A stretch of DNA of 56,024 nucleotides from Patescibacteria group bacterium (GCA_028864875.1 JAGWLV010000002.1:1-56024); one strand, 5' to 3'; positions 41,011 through 49,762 are shown, numbered from the stretch's first letter. Translations and numbers: made by a program. The notes: a model not told the origin generated them from the letters alone.

Positions 41011-41075
41011 GCACGTGCATGAAGTTAGAAACCCGGCCGTGAAAGCGGCCGGGTTTTCATTATTTTGCGCGCTTC

Positions 41076-41098
41076 TGTTATAGTGTGCGGCGGCAGAA
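41076..41098 (+). promoter_or_regulatory. Promoter/5'-leader module (variant): TGtTATAGT-7nt-GGCAGAA
   Basis: Sequence is cTGtTATAGTgtgcggcGGCAGAAggtgcAGGAGatgtcgccATG. Confidence 0.4.
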
Positions 41099-41116
41099 GG
41101 TGCAGGAGATGTCGCC

Positions 41117-41443
41117 ATGGAAGTCGTCATACGAGGCGTGCCGCAGCGCTTTCAGCGCGAGCTGCTGGCCCCAATCGAAGAGAAAGTGCGTCAGTTGGTG
41201 GAGTCCTACGGCTTTGTGCCCGAGGAGGTCTCGGTCGAATTGCGTCGCAACAGTATGAAAGAGGGCCGCTACCCGCTCTACATCTATGTCCACAACGTGT
41301 CGCCCGAGCGCAACAGCGCGCGGCTGCGGCTCGCCGTCGCGGCGGCGATAGCGGGCATGTGCGCGTCGCACGCCGGGTGTCAGGAAAGCACTCGCGATAA
41401 GTTTTGGTTTGCAGGTTTTCATATTGGAGATCTGCTCGAGTAG
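41117..41443 (+). CDS. Hypothetical 108-aa protein
   Basis: MEVVIRGVPQRFQRELLAPIEEKVRQLVESYGF.... Has an AGGAG SD and a terminator downstream. Confidence 0.5.
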   Translation: MEVVIRGVPQRFQRELLAPIEEKVRQLVESYGFVPEEVSVELRRNSMKEGRYPLYIYVHNVSPERNSARLRLAVAAAIAGMCASHAGCQESTRDKFWFAGFHIGDLLE

Positions 41444-41445
41444 TA

Positions 41446-41484
41446 CCGGGCCGCCCATACTGGGCGGCCCGTTCGGTTTTATTT
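41446..41484 (+). terminator. Intrinsic terminator
   Basis: GGGCCGCCCA-tac-TGGGCGGCCC followed by GTTCGGTTTTATTT. Confidence 0.75.
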
Positions 41485-41516
41485 AAAAAACACGCTGTGG
41501 TACTATGATTTTTCAC

Positions 41517-43460
41517 ATGGCCACCCAGGCGCCCAAGCCAAAAAACCCGCGCCGCCGCATCCCCGCACCCAAGCTCCCGCACGGGGGCGGCTTTTGGCTC
41601 AACCTTACGGTGAGCGTCGTCATACTCCTCGTGCTCGCGGGCGCGTACTCCTATCTCGCGGGCGGCATCAACACACCTGAAAATATTTCGCTCTCCCAAG
41701 TGGCACAGGATATTTCGGTGGGCAAAGTCACGAGCATCAAGGTCAACGGCGACGACCTCACACTCACGTACAACAACGCAACGAGCACCCAAAAGACCGC
41801 CAAGAAAGAGCCCGAGTCCTCGCTCTCCCAGACGCTCACCAACTATGGCGTCGACAAAAGCGCGCTCGACAAAGTCGCCATCACGATAGAAAACCAGAGC
41901 GGTTGGGGGTTTTGGCTCTCGACACTCGGGCCCTTCCTTATCCCGATGGTCGCGATAGCGTTTTTTGTGTGGTACCTCAGCCGCCAAGTGCGCGGCGCGG
42001 GGATGCAGGCGTTCAGCTTCGGCCAGAGCAAGCCGCGCGTGATAGAGCCGGGCGGCTCCGAGCGCATCACGTTTAAAGATGTCGCAGGTGCCAAAGAGGC
42101 CAAAGAAGAGTTACTCGAAATCGTAGACTTTTTGAAGAATCCCAAAAAGTTTCTCGACATCGGCGCGCGCATTCCCAAAGGCATTCTTCTGATGGGCGCG
42201 CCGGGCACGGGCAAGACGCTGCTTGCGCGCGCGGTCGCAGGGGAAGCGGGTGTACCGTTTTTCAGCATTAGCGGTTCTGAATTTGTAGAAATGTTTGTCG
42301 GCGTGGGTGCGAGCCGCGTGCGCGACCTCTTTTTGACCGCCAAGCGCGCGGCACCCGCAATTATTTTCGTCGACGAGATAGACGCAGTGGGGCGCGTGCG
42401 CGGCACAGGGGTCGGCGGCGGCAACGACGAGCGCGAGCAGACACTCAACCAAATCCTCGTCGAGATGGACGGCTTTGAGCCCAACGAAAAAGTGATAGTG
42501 ATGGCCGCAACCAACCGCCCCGACGTGCTCGACCCGGCACTCCTGCGCACCGGGCGCTTTGACCGCCGGGTGACCATAGACCTGCCCGACCGCCAGGACC
42601 GCTTGGAAATTTTGCAGATACACGCGCGCAAAAAGCCGCTTGCCGAGGATGTTAATTTGAATGTCATTGCCGAGCGTACGCCGGGCTTTAGCGGCGCAGA
42701 CCTCTACTCGCTCATGAACGAGGCCGCCATTTTGGCCGCGCGCGAGAGCCGCCGCACGGTCGCGCAATACGACCTCATCCGCTCGATAGAAAAGGTGATG
42801 CTGGGGCCCGAGCGCCGCAGCCACGTGCTCAATAAAAAAGAAAAGGAGATTACCGCCTATCACGAGGCCGGGCACGCGCTCGTTGCATCAGCCTTGCCGT
42901 ACGCCGACCCTGTGCACAAAATTTCTATCATCTCCCGCGGGCGTGCGGCGGGCTACACGCTCAAGTTGCCGTTTGAAGACAAGCGCATGCAGAGCCGCAA
43001 AGAATTCCTCGACGATATTTCGATGGCGCTCGGCGGCTACGTTGCAGAAAAGACGGTGTTCGACGACGTCACAACCGGCGCACAAAATGACCTGCAGGTG
43101 TTGACCGCGCTTGCGCGCGACATGGTCACCCGCTACGGCATGAGCGACAAGCTCGGCACGGTCGCGCTCGAGGGCGAGGCGGGCCGCGTGCTCTTTGGTG
43201 CAGGGGTTGCGGGGCGCGAGTACTCGGAGAAGGTGAGCGCCGAAATAGACGCCGAGGTGCGCCGCATCATCGACGAAGCATACAAAAAAGCGGAAGCCAT
43301 CATCGCCAAAAATCGCAAAGTACTCAACTCTATCGCGCAGCGCTTGGTGGAGAAGGAGACTATAGAGCGCGAGGAATTCGAGCAGATACTCATCGCGGGC
43401 GGCATCACACCCAAAAAGAAGGAAGAAATAGTCGTCGAACCCAAAACCGTCAATTTTTAA
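41517..43460 (+). CDS. ftsH: ATP-dependent zinc metalloprotease FtsH
   Basis: [62 protein letters not shown] 41517 is preferred because TGgTACTAT (41498..41506) overlaps the track's ATG at 41505. Confidence 0.96.
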   Translation: MATQAPKPKNPRRRIPAPKLPHGGGFWLNLTVSVVILLVLAGAYSYLAGGINTPENISLSQVAQDISVGKVTSIKVNGDDLTLTYNNATSTQKTAKKEPESSLSQTLTNYGVDKSALDKVAITIENQSGWGFWLSTLGPFLIPMVAIAFFVWYLSRQVRGAGMQAFSFGQSKPRVIEPGGSERITFKDVAGAKEAKEELLEIVDFLKNPKKFLDIGARIPKGILLMGAPGTGKTLLARAVAGEAGVPFFSISGSEFVEMFVGVGASRVRDLFLTAKRAAPAIIFVDEIDAVGRVRGTGVGGGNDEREQTLNQILVEMDGFEPNEKVIVMAATNRPDVLDPALLRTGRFDRRVTIDLPDRQDRLEILQIHARKKPLAEDVNLNVIAERTPGFSGADLYSLMNEAAILAARESRRTVAQYDLIRSIEKVMLGPERRSHVLNKKEKEITAYHEAGHALVASALPYADPVHKISIISRGRAAGYTLKLPFEDKRMQSRKEFLDDISMALGGYVAEKTVFDDVTTGAQNDLQVLTALARDMVTRYGMSDKLGTVALEGEAGRVLFGAGVAGREYSEKVSAEIDAEVRRIIDEAYKKAEAIIAKNRKVLNSIAQRLVEKETIEREEFEQILIAGGITPKKKEEIVVEPKTVNF

Positions 43461-44032
43461 TGAAAGTAGAAGTAGGGTGCGGGAAAAAGAGGAGAGAAGG
43501 GTATGAGTGTTACGATGTCCGTGACCTGCCGGGCGTTGATCATATATGCAAGGCGGATGAGCTCCCGTTTCCTGCTGGCAGCGTAGATGAAGTCTATAGC
43601 CGTCATCTTATTGAGCACCTCACGCTGAAGGAATTTCTAAAAACCCTCACTGAATGGAGCCGTGTCCTTAAAGTCGGGGGAGTGGTATACATTATCTGCC
43701 CCAACCTACTGTGGCACCTAAAGCAGATTTTAGAAGGGAGCCACGAAAGTCTATATCAAAAAGAGTCCGGTAAAAACGCCCGGTACTGGGGTTTTGGAAG
43801 CTTGTTTGGCTGGCAGCAAGATGAGTACGATGTCCATAAATTTGGGTACTACTTTGAACTGCTGAGAGATATTCTTTCCGAGTCCGGGTTTGAAGATATT
43901 GAAAATTTGACCAATCAACCCGATAGTTTGGAGCATGCGCCGTGGCATCTTGAAGTAAGGGCTACAAAAAAAGCGCCGGCAAAAGAGTACACTCAAAGTA
44001 AGTTTTATACACTTTTTGATGTAAGCCACTGA
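43460..44032 (+). CDS. Class I SAM-dependent methyltransferase-like protein (AT-richer than neighbours)
   Basis: VEVGCGKKRREGYECYDV, FPAGSVDEVYSRHLIEHL, LKVGGVVYIICP. The start ATG shares a base with the ftsH TAA (TAATG). Confidence 0.7.
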   Translation: MKVEVGCGKKRREGYECYDVRDLPGVDHICKADELPFPAGSVDEVYSRHLIEHLTLKEFLKTLTEWSRVLKVGGVVYIICPNLLWHLKQILEGSHESLYQKESGKNARYWGFGSLFGWQQDEYDVHKFGYYFELLRDILSESGFEDIENLTNQPDSLEHAPWHLEVRATKKAPAKEYTQSKFYTLFDVSH

Positions 44033-44044
44033 GAGGCAGAAATA

Positions 44045-44075
44045 CAAAACGCCCCGGCTGTGCCGGGGCGTTTCT
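44045..44075. terminator. Bidirectional intrinsic terminator
   Basis: CAAAACGCCCCGGC-tgt-GCCGGGGCGTTTCT. Confidence 0.75.
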
Positions 44076-44090
44076 GCAAGGGGCGGGAGC

Positions 44091-44444
44091 CTAATAGTAC
44101 AGTAACCGCCAGGCCGTTGCAGCGATGAGCGCGCCGACAAAGGCGCAAAAACCGATGATCATGTTCCAACTCCATGGCGTGGGGGCCCACAATAAGATAG
44201 CGGTGCCCATGCCGATTGCGAAGATGGAAAAGACGGCGTACCAGGTCAGCAGCGCGGGGGTAATGTGGGTATCGTGCAGGATGCTGATCGGGTCTTGAAC
44301 CATAACTCGCCGAGCGTCCACGAAGGGCATGCCAATGGCGATGAGGCATAGTACCGCCACGAGCCCGATGGCCTGGCCAATGTTCCAAAGCCATTCCGGG
44401 AGGTGGGGCTGCACGCGCGGCGAGAGGCGGAGAATGCGTTCCAT
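44091..44444 (-). CDS. Membrane protein (3-4 TM), function unknown
   Basis: MERILRLSPRVQPHLPEWLWNIGQAIGLVAVLCLIAIG.... Start trimmed to ATG 44444, consistent with the upstream leader module. Confidence 0.55.
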   Translation of the reverse strand: MERILRLSPRVQPHLPEWLWNIGQAIGLVAVLCLIAIGMPFVDARRVMVQDPISILHDTHITPALLTWYAVFSIFAIGMGTAILLWAPTPWSWNMIIGFCAFVGALIAATAWRLLYY

Positions 44445-44462
44445 GAGGACACCCTTTAAAAT

Positions 44463-44485
44463 TTCAGCCATTTCGCACAATAGCA
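44463..44485 (-). promoter_or_regulatory. Promoter/5'-leader module: TGcTATTGT-7nt-GGCTGAA
   Basis: Minus-strand reading is TGcTATTGTgcgaaatGGCTGAAattttaaagggtgtcctcATG. Confidence 0.5.
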
Positions 44486-44515
44486 CACCACACATTTTTT
44501 AGGTAGAGTTGAGGG

Positions 44516-44587
44516 GCGCTCGTAGCTCAATGGTAGAGCAGTCGACTTATACTCGACCGGTTGTAGGTTCGAGTCCTACCGGGCGCA
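44516..44587 (+). tRNA. tRNA with anticodon UAU (Ile, AUA-decoding)
   Basis: Hand-folded cloverleaf. Acceptor GCGCUCG/CGGGCGC, D arm GCUC-AAUGGUA-GAGC, anticodon arm GUCGA-CUUAUAC-UCGAC, variable region CGGUU, T arm GUAGG-UUCGAGU-CCUAC, discriminator A. No CCA is encoded. Confidence 0.8.
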
Positions 44588-44600
44588 CAAAAAAGAAGTG

Positions 44601-44621
44601 AGGCCGCCGTGGCGGCCTCAA
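44601..44621. terminator. Hairpin GAGGCCGCC-gt-GGCGGCCTC (terminator for the minus-strand gene; T-run on the minus strand)
   Basis: Perfect 9-bp stem. The minus strand continues ACTTCTTTTTT. Confidence 0.6.
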
Positions 44622-44639
44622 GAACTGTAGCCAGAAGCT

Positions 44640-44900
44640 TTACAAAATCCGGATAATATTTTGGCGCACCTCTTCGATGACGAAGGCCTGCGCATTGAGC
44701 GTTTTGACTGTTCCGTTTTTGAACTTTACCCTCAACCAGTAGGGTGTGGCTTCAGGGCCCACACGGAGTGGGTGTTTTGATTCGTCGAGAATTTCTTCGA
44801 CGTAGGCGAGCTTGTCGCGGTAGGGGTCGGCGAACTTGGGGCAGTAGCGCACCAAATCACCCGGGGCCAAACTTACCCGGGCGCTCATGAGGACGATCAT
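44640..44900 (-). CDS. Hypothetical 86-aa protein
   Basis: MIVLMSARVSLAPGDLVRYCPKFADPYRDKLAYVEEILD.... Has an AGGAGG SD and a TGaTACACT promoter inside the recG 3' end. Confidence 0.55.
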   Translation of the reverse strand: MIVLMSARVSLAPGDLVRYCPKFADPYRDKLAYVEEILDESKHPLRVGPEATPYWLRVKFKNGTVKTLNAQAFVIEEVRQNIIRIL

Positions 44901-44948
44901 CGCGCCTCCTTTCTAGTTGTGGGAGAGAACCTCCAAAGCCTTAGTGTA

Positions 44949-47096
44949 TCACTCAAAATGCATGGCGGCAGTGCGGCTCTCCACAGCAGCTTTGAGGGTA
45001 GGGTGGGCGCGCAGTGTGGGGTCGTGTGCGACCAACTGCTGTGCTTCGGTGCGCGCCGCCTCGACCAATTTCAAATTTTTGAGCGCCTCCATGCCTATGT
45101 CGGAGATGCCCCACTGCTTGTTGCCTGCAAGTTCGCCCGGCCCGCGCTGGGCCATGTCGAGCTCGGCAAGTTCGAATCCGTTTTTTGCCTCAACGAGCGC
45201 TTTGAGGCGGGCCACCGTGGCCTCACCTTTGCTTTCGGGGACGACAAAGCAGTACGCCTGGTAAACGCTCCGCACCACGCGCCCGCGCAGTTGGTGGAGC
45301 TGGGAGAGCCCGAAGCGCTCCGCGCCCTCAATCATGATGACGGTGGCGTTCGGCACATTGACTCCCACTTCGACCACGCTGGTTGCTACAAGGATATCTA
45401 TCTCATGCGCAAGAAGTTGCACCATCACCTCGTCTTTGTCTTTCGGTTTCATTTTGGAGTGGAGTACCCCGATGCGGTACTCGGGGAAGATATCTTTTTG
45501 GAGGCGTTTGGCTTCGGCTTTGACCGACTTGGCCTGGAGTGCAAAGAGCTTTTCCGGATCGGGCTCGTCGATGCGCGGGCAAATAATGTACGCCTGCCGG
45601 CCTTCTTTGAGTTGCGCACGGATTTTTTCGTACGCAGCGGCGCGCTCGCCCTGCGCCACCACTTCGGTGATGACGCGCTTGCGCCCCGGCGGCATTTCAT
45701 CAAGGAGCGTGAGATCGAGATCGCCCCAGAGTGTGAGCGCGAGCGTGCGCGGGATGGGGGTCGCGGTCATAGACAGCAGGTGGGGGAGCGTTTTTTCTTT
45801 GCGCGCGAGCGCGCGGCGCTGATTGGTCCCGAAGCGGTGCTGCTCGTCTATCACAACGAGTGCGAGGTGTTTAAACTTCACCGACTTTTGGATGAGCGCG
45901 TGCGTGCCTATCACCACCGGTATCTCGCCGCCCGCGACCCACTTTAAGAGCTGCGCGCGCGAAATGGTTGTGGCTTTGGTACGCGAAATTTTGGAGGGGA
46001 ATTTGTAGCACCCGTTGCCGGTGATGAGCCCGATGTTGATAGGGAAGTGCTCAAAGTATTGTATAAACGATTCGAAGTGCTGCTTGGCCAAAATTTCTGT
46101 CGGAGCCATGTAGGCGACTTGGAGCGTACCGAAGTTCTGTCCCGCAGGCCGCGTGCGCACGGTGGCGTACGCCGCGGTCGCGGCGACCGCCGTCTTGCCG
46201 CTCCCGACGTCGCCTTCGAGCAGGCGGCCCATCGGCGCTCCGCGTTGCATGTCTTTGAGTATCGCCGCGACCGCGCGCTTCTGCGCCGCGGTCGGTGCGA
46301 AGGGGAAGTCATCCATAAATTCCGCCATGTCTGCGTGCGAGGCCTCGACACGGAAGCCCTGCTCTTTGCTCAAAGCTGCGCGCTCGCGGTTGCGTTCGAC
46401 CTGGATGAGGAACACTTCTTCAAACGCAAAGCGCTTGCGCGCGGCGGTCGCGTTTTTTAATTCCTTGGGCTGGTGTATCCACACAACGGCGCTGTGCAGT
46501 GTCGGGAGGTTGTACTTTTTGAGCATCTCCGGCGGTAGCGGGTCGTTCATCTCGACCCCCGCGTCGAATATTTTTTTGATAGCGCTCCTAAACCACAGTG
46601 ACGACACACCGCGACTTTCGGGATACACCGCAAAGAGCTCCGCAGAAACTTCCTCCGGAGTGAACATCCCGGCTTCTTCGATAGAAATTTTTTGTAGCGA
46701 GGGGTTCGCGAGGTAGAGTTTGCCCTCGCTCCCCGTGACCTTGCCCGAGGCGCGCACGAGCGCGCCCTCTGCGTACATTTTGGCGATGTACGGCTGATTA
46801 AACCAGCGCAACTTTATGCGACCGCTGTCGTCGCGCAAAAACCCTTCAGTCATCGGTACGCGCGACTTCCAACTTTTTTTCGCCTCCAACTTTTCAAGCG
46901 AGCCGACAAGCGTCACGTCTTGCCCCGCCACAAGTTCGGCGACGCTCCCGCTGCCGCCCGCCTGCTCGTAGCGCGCGGGGAAGTGGTAGAGCACATCGCG
47001 CACCATCTTGATGCCCAACCGGTTGAGCGCTTTAGTGTGAGCGTCGGAGAGCCGGAAGTGACTTGAGAGCGGGTCGCCTGCGTGCATCTCCCTCAT
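44949..47096 (-). CDS. recG: ATP-dependent DNA helicase RecG
   Basis: 715 aa with a wedge domain, GDVGSGKT, VVIDEQHRFG, TATPIPRT and QLHQLRGRVVR. Confidence 0.95.
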   Translation of the reverse strand: MREMHAGDPLSSHFRLSDAHTKALNRLGIKMVRDVLYHFPARYEQAGGSGSVAELVAGQDVTLVGSLEKLEAKKSWKSRVPMTEGFLRDDSGRIKLRWFNQPYIAKMYAEGALVRASGKVTGSEGKLYLANPSLQKISIEEAGMFTPEEVSAELFAVYPESRGVSSLWFRSAIKKIFDAGVEMNDPLPPEMLKKYNLPTLHSAVVWIHQPKELKNATAARKRFAFEEVFLIQVERNRERAALSKEQGFRVEASHADMAEFMDDFPFAPTAAQKRAVAAILKDMQRGAPMGRLLEGDVGSGKTAVAATAAYATVRTRPAGQNFGTLQVAYMAPTEILAKQHFESFIQYFEHFPINIGLITGNGCYKFPSKISRTKATTISRAQLLKWVAGGEIPVVIGTHALIQKSVKFKHLALVVIDEQHRFGTNQRRALARKEKTLPHLLSMTATPIPRTLALTLWGDLDLTLLDEMPPGRKRVITEVVAQGERAAAYEKIRAQLKEGRQAYIICPRIDEPDPEKLFALQAKSVKAEAKRLQKDIFPEYRIGVLHSKMKPKDKDEVMVQLLAHEIDILVATSVVEVGVNVPNATVIMIEGAERFGLSQLHQLRGRVVRSVYQAYCFVVPESKGEATVARLKALVEAKNGFELAELDMAQRGPGELAGNKQWGISDIGMEALKNLKLVEAARTEAQQLVAHDPTLRAHPTLKAAVESRTAAMHFE

Positions 47097-47168
47097 TCTA
47101 TATGTGTAATGAATGAGGGTGCGGATTGCCAGTGGGGCGAAAGAAAGGCATAGTGTAGCCGTCTACCT

Positions 47169-47693
47169 ATGCGGGACCTTCAAGTGGAGTTTGGCGACGC
47201 GTTTGAGCGCTGGAGCGATGAACTCTTCCGCCACGCGCTCATGCGGCTTAGCGACCGCGACAAGGCGCTCGAGGTTACCCAAGAGTGCTTTCTCCGGACT
47301 ATGCAGTATGCCCGGAGCGGCAAAGTGATAGAGCAGCTCCGCCCCTTCCTCTACCGGACATTGCGGCATCTCATCATCGACGAATACCGCCGCACAAAGG
47401 CGGTGTCGCTTGAAGCTATGACAGAATCGGAGGACGGCCCCACGCTCGACACGGTGCTCCCGCCGGACGAAAGCAATACGCTGGAGAGCGCCATGGAGCG
47501 CTTCGACGCCGCGCGCGCGGCGGGGCTCCTCACAACACTCCCCGAACCCTATCGCGAAGCACTCACTCTGCGCTACATTGATGGGATGAGCGTCCCCGAG
47601 GTCGCGGCGATAGTGGGCGTGAGCGAAAACGTCGTGTCGGTGCGCGTGCACCGCGGGCTCAAAAAACTGAAGGATCTACTCGAACACGAATAA
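47169..47693 (+). CDS. ECF-type (sigma-70 family) RNA polymerase sigma factor
   Basis: 174 aa. Region 2: ALEVTQECFLRTMQY. Region 4: LPEPYREALTLRYIDGMSVPEVAAIVGVSENVVSVRVHRGLKKL. Confidence 0.88.
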   Translation: MRDLQVEFGDAFERWSDELFRHALMRLSDRDKALEVTQECFLRTMQYARSGKVIEQLRPFLYRTLRHLIIDEYRRTKAVSLEAMTESEDGPTLDTVLPPDESNTLESAMERFDAARAAGLLTTLPEPYREALTLRYIDGMSVPEVAAIVGVSENVVSVRVHRGLKKLKDLLEHE

Positions 47694-47695
47694 TC

Positions 47696-48835
47696 ATGAA
47701 CACCTTTTTCAAAAAACTGAAGAATGAAGCACGGCACATCCGCATGAGCACGGGTGAAAAGGCGCGCATGCGCGCGGCGCTCTTTGGTGTGCCTTCGTCC
47801 GCACAGGTGGTGCGCACCCCTTACGTCTTTATCTCTCCGCCCGCCTTGCTGCGAGGCAGGTGGGTAACACGCTCGTTTGCCGCAGTGGCGCTCGTTGCCG
47901 TGCTCGGCGGCGGCACGGCGTTTGCCTCGGAAGGCTCGCTCCCCGGTCAACCTCTGTATGGGGTGAAGGTGGGCATCGTCGAGCCCATCAAAGTGGCGCT
48001 CGCGACGACGCCTGCGGCCAAAGCGACGGTCAACGCGCAGATTGCACAAACGCGCGTCGAGGAAGCCGAGGCGCTTGCGCAAAACGGCGCGCTCGATGCG
48101 ACGACGAGCCAGATGCTCGCGGACGATTTTGATAAGCACGCGCAAGAGGCACAGACCGCGCAGGCGCAGGTGGCCGCGGAGAATCCGGATGAGGGTACCA
48201 AAATAGAAGTGGCTATCAATTCGTCGCTGCAAGCGCACGCGGCCATTCTCACACAACTTGCCGCGCGCGACGGGGAGCGCACACGCACGCTCGCGACCTT
48301 CTTGGCGGACAAGGTGGCCGCGCGCGCCTCGTCGACCGCCGAAGTCGCGATAGAAGACGAAAACAAAGCCTCGGGCTCCGATGCAAGCACCTCCGAGCGC
48401 ATGATTTCGGTGACCTCTGCAGTACGCACCGACGCGGAGGCGACCTCGAGCGACCAAGAACACAAGGGCGGGGGGCGCGACTTCTCAAACCTTGCCGCTG
48501 CGCTCAAAGACCGTGCGGCCCAGGCACTCGAGGATGCGCAAAGTGCGCTCGCGGATGCGCAACTTTCGGCGAGCACGACCGTCCAAATACAAGCGCAGCT
48601 CTCGGCGCTCCAAGGCCTCATGGACGACGGGTCGGCGGCGCTTAGTACAGGAGACTACGCAGGCGCCGCGGCGGACTTCAAAGCCGTGCTCTCCCGCGCG
48701 CTCATCACGCAGGCTTACCTCAGCGCGGGGCAGCGTCTCAACCCCGACATCGTCGCACCCCTCCTCCAAATTCATGACCGCAATCATGGCGATGGTAACT
48801 CTGGCGGCGGCGACTCGATCAACTCCCACGACTAG
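47696..48835 (+). CDS. Putative anti-sigma factor / membrane-anchored Ala-rich helical protein
   Basis: Adjacent to the sigma gene with a 2-nt gap. It has an N-terminal cytoplasmic segment, one TM helix (FAAVALVAVLGGG) and a long helical Ala/Gln-rich ectodomain. Confidence 0.5.
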   Translation: MNTFFKKLKNEARHIRMSTGEKARMRAALFGVPSSAQVVRTPYVFISPPALLRGRWVTRSFAAVALVAVLGGGTAFASEGSLPGQPLYGVKVGIVEPIKVALATTPAAKATVNAQIAQTRVEEAEALAQNGALDATTSQMLADDFDKHAQEAQTAQAQVAAENPDEGTKIEVAINSSLQAHAAILTQLAARDGERTRTLATFLADKVAARASSTAEVAIEDENKASGSDASTSERMISVTSAVRTDAEATSSDQEHKGGGRDFSNLAAALKDRAAQALEDAQSALADAQLSASTTVQIQAQLSALQGLMDDGSAALSTGDYAGAAADFKAVLSRALITQAYLSAGQRLNPDIVAPLLQIHDRNHGDGNSGGGDSINSHD

Positions 48836-48874
48836 TTTTCTCGACCGCTCAAAAATGCTACAGTAGCGCCTATT

Positions 48875-48961
48875 GGAGGCGTGGCAGAGCGGTCGAATGC
48901 AGCACACTGCTAATGTGTTGTCCGGGAAACTGGACCGGAGGTTCGAATCCTCCCGCCTCCG
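48875..48961 (+). tRNA. tRNA-Ser (anticodon GCU)
   Basis: Acceptor GGAGGCG/CGCCUCC, 3-bp D stem, anticodon loop CUGCUAA, long variable arm, T arm GGAGG-UUCGAAU-CCUCC, discriminator G. Confidence 0.88.
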
Positions 48962-48984
48962 CATTTTGAGCGTATAGTTGAGTC

Positions 48985-49155
48985 ATGCAGACGCGCAGTA
49001 TGGTGCTCTGGGGAGCGTTCATCGGCTCGGCCATAGGCGGGTACATCCCGAGCCTGTGGGGTGCGAGCGTATTTTCATTCTCGAGCTTACTTTTGGGCGC
49101 TATTGGCGCCGTATTGGGCATTTGGCTCGGCTATCGCTTTGCACAGAATTTTTGA
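48985..49155 (+). CDS. 56-aa Gly-rich membrane smORF (below ORF-track cutoff)
   Basis: MQTRSMVLWGAFIGSAIGGYIPSLWGASVFSFSSLLLGAIGAVLGIWLGYRFAQNF. TATAGT at 48973..48978 lies 6 nt before the ATG (leaderless). Confidence 0.5.
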   Translation: MQTRSMVLWGAFIGSAIGGYIPSLWGASVFSFSSLLLGAIGAVLGIWLGYRFAQNF

Positions 49156-49161
49156 GGGTGA

Positions 49162-49758
49162 CTAGCTGTGCGCGAGTACGACCGTGTGTACGGCGCGGGC
49201 ACCGGCACCTTTGAGCGCGCGCTTGCACTCAGCAAGTGTGGCGCCCGTAGTCGACACGTCGTCGACGACGATGCACGCGCGCCCGGCAACGCTCGCAAGC
49301 GCGTGCATCGAGTGAGAAACATTTTTTATGCGCACCTGTTTTGGCAGCCCCTGTTGGGTAGGCGTATGCACCGAGCGCACGAGCGCGTGTGGCGCATACT
49401 CTATGCCTTGTATGCGGCGCACGAGTGCTTCGCACAATACCTCGGTTTGATTATGGCCGCGCTCGCGGCGTCTCTCTTGGTGCATTGGCACGGGCACGAG
49501 GAGCGGGATGCCGATGCACTCGCCGGCGGCGGCGAGCACGTCTTCTTCAAGAACTGCGGCACACAGCGCCGCGGCGCGGGGATTGGCGTAGTACTTGAGC
49601 TCCCACACGAGCGAGCGCACGCGCGGGTCGTGGTAGGGGAGACCGTCTCCTGTGCGCAGGTTTTGCACCTGCGCGAGGGTGAGCGTGCGCACAAGCCGCT
49701 CGGAGCCGCGCGGCGGCACGAGTGCGTCGATCAGAGATGAAATTAGCGCGCGCAGCAT
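49162..49758 (-). CDS. comF: ComF-family phosphoribosyltransferase-domain protein
   Basis: LKYYANPRAA..., GHNQTEVL, and the PRTase motif ACIVVDDVSTTGATL. Start trimmed to ATG 49758 (TATCAT -10 lies 8 nt upstream, leaderless). Confidence 0.8.
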   Translation of the reverse strand: MLRALISSLIDALVPPRGSERLVRTLTLAQVQNLRTGDGLPYHDPRVRSLVWELKYYANPRAAALCAAVLEEDVLAAAGECIGIPLLVPVPMHQERRRERGHNQTEVLCEALVRRIQGIEYAPHALVRSVHTPTQQGLPKQVRIKNVSHSMHALASVAGRACIVVDDVSTTGATLAECKRALKGAGARAVHTVVLAHS

Positions 49759-49762
49759 ACTA

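Noticed and set aside
48485-49121. Minus-strand ORFs 48485..48964 and 48870..49121.
   Set aside because: They run straight through tRNA-Ser(GCU) (48875..48961) and the anti-sigma gene, and they have junk-like composition.
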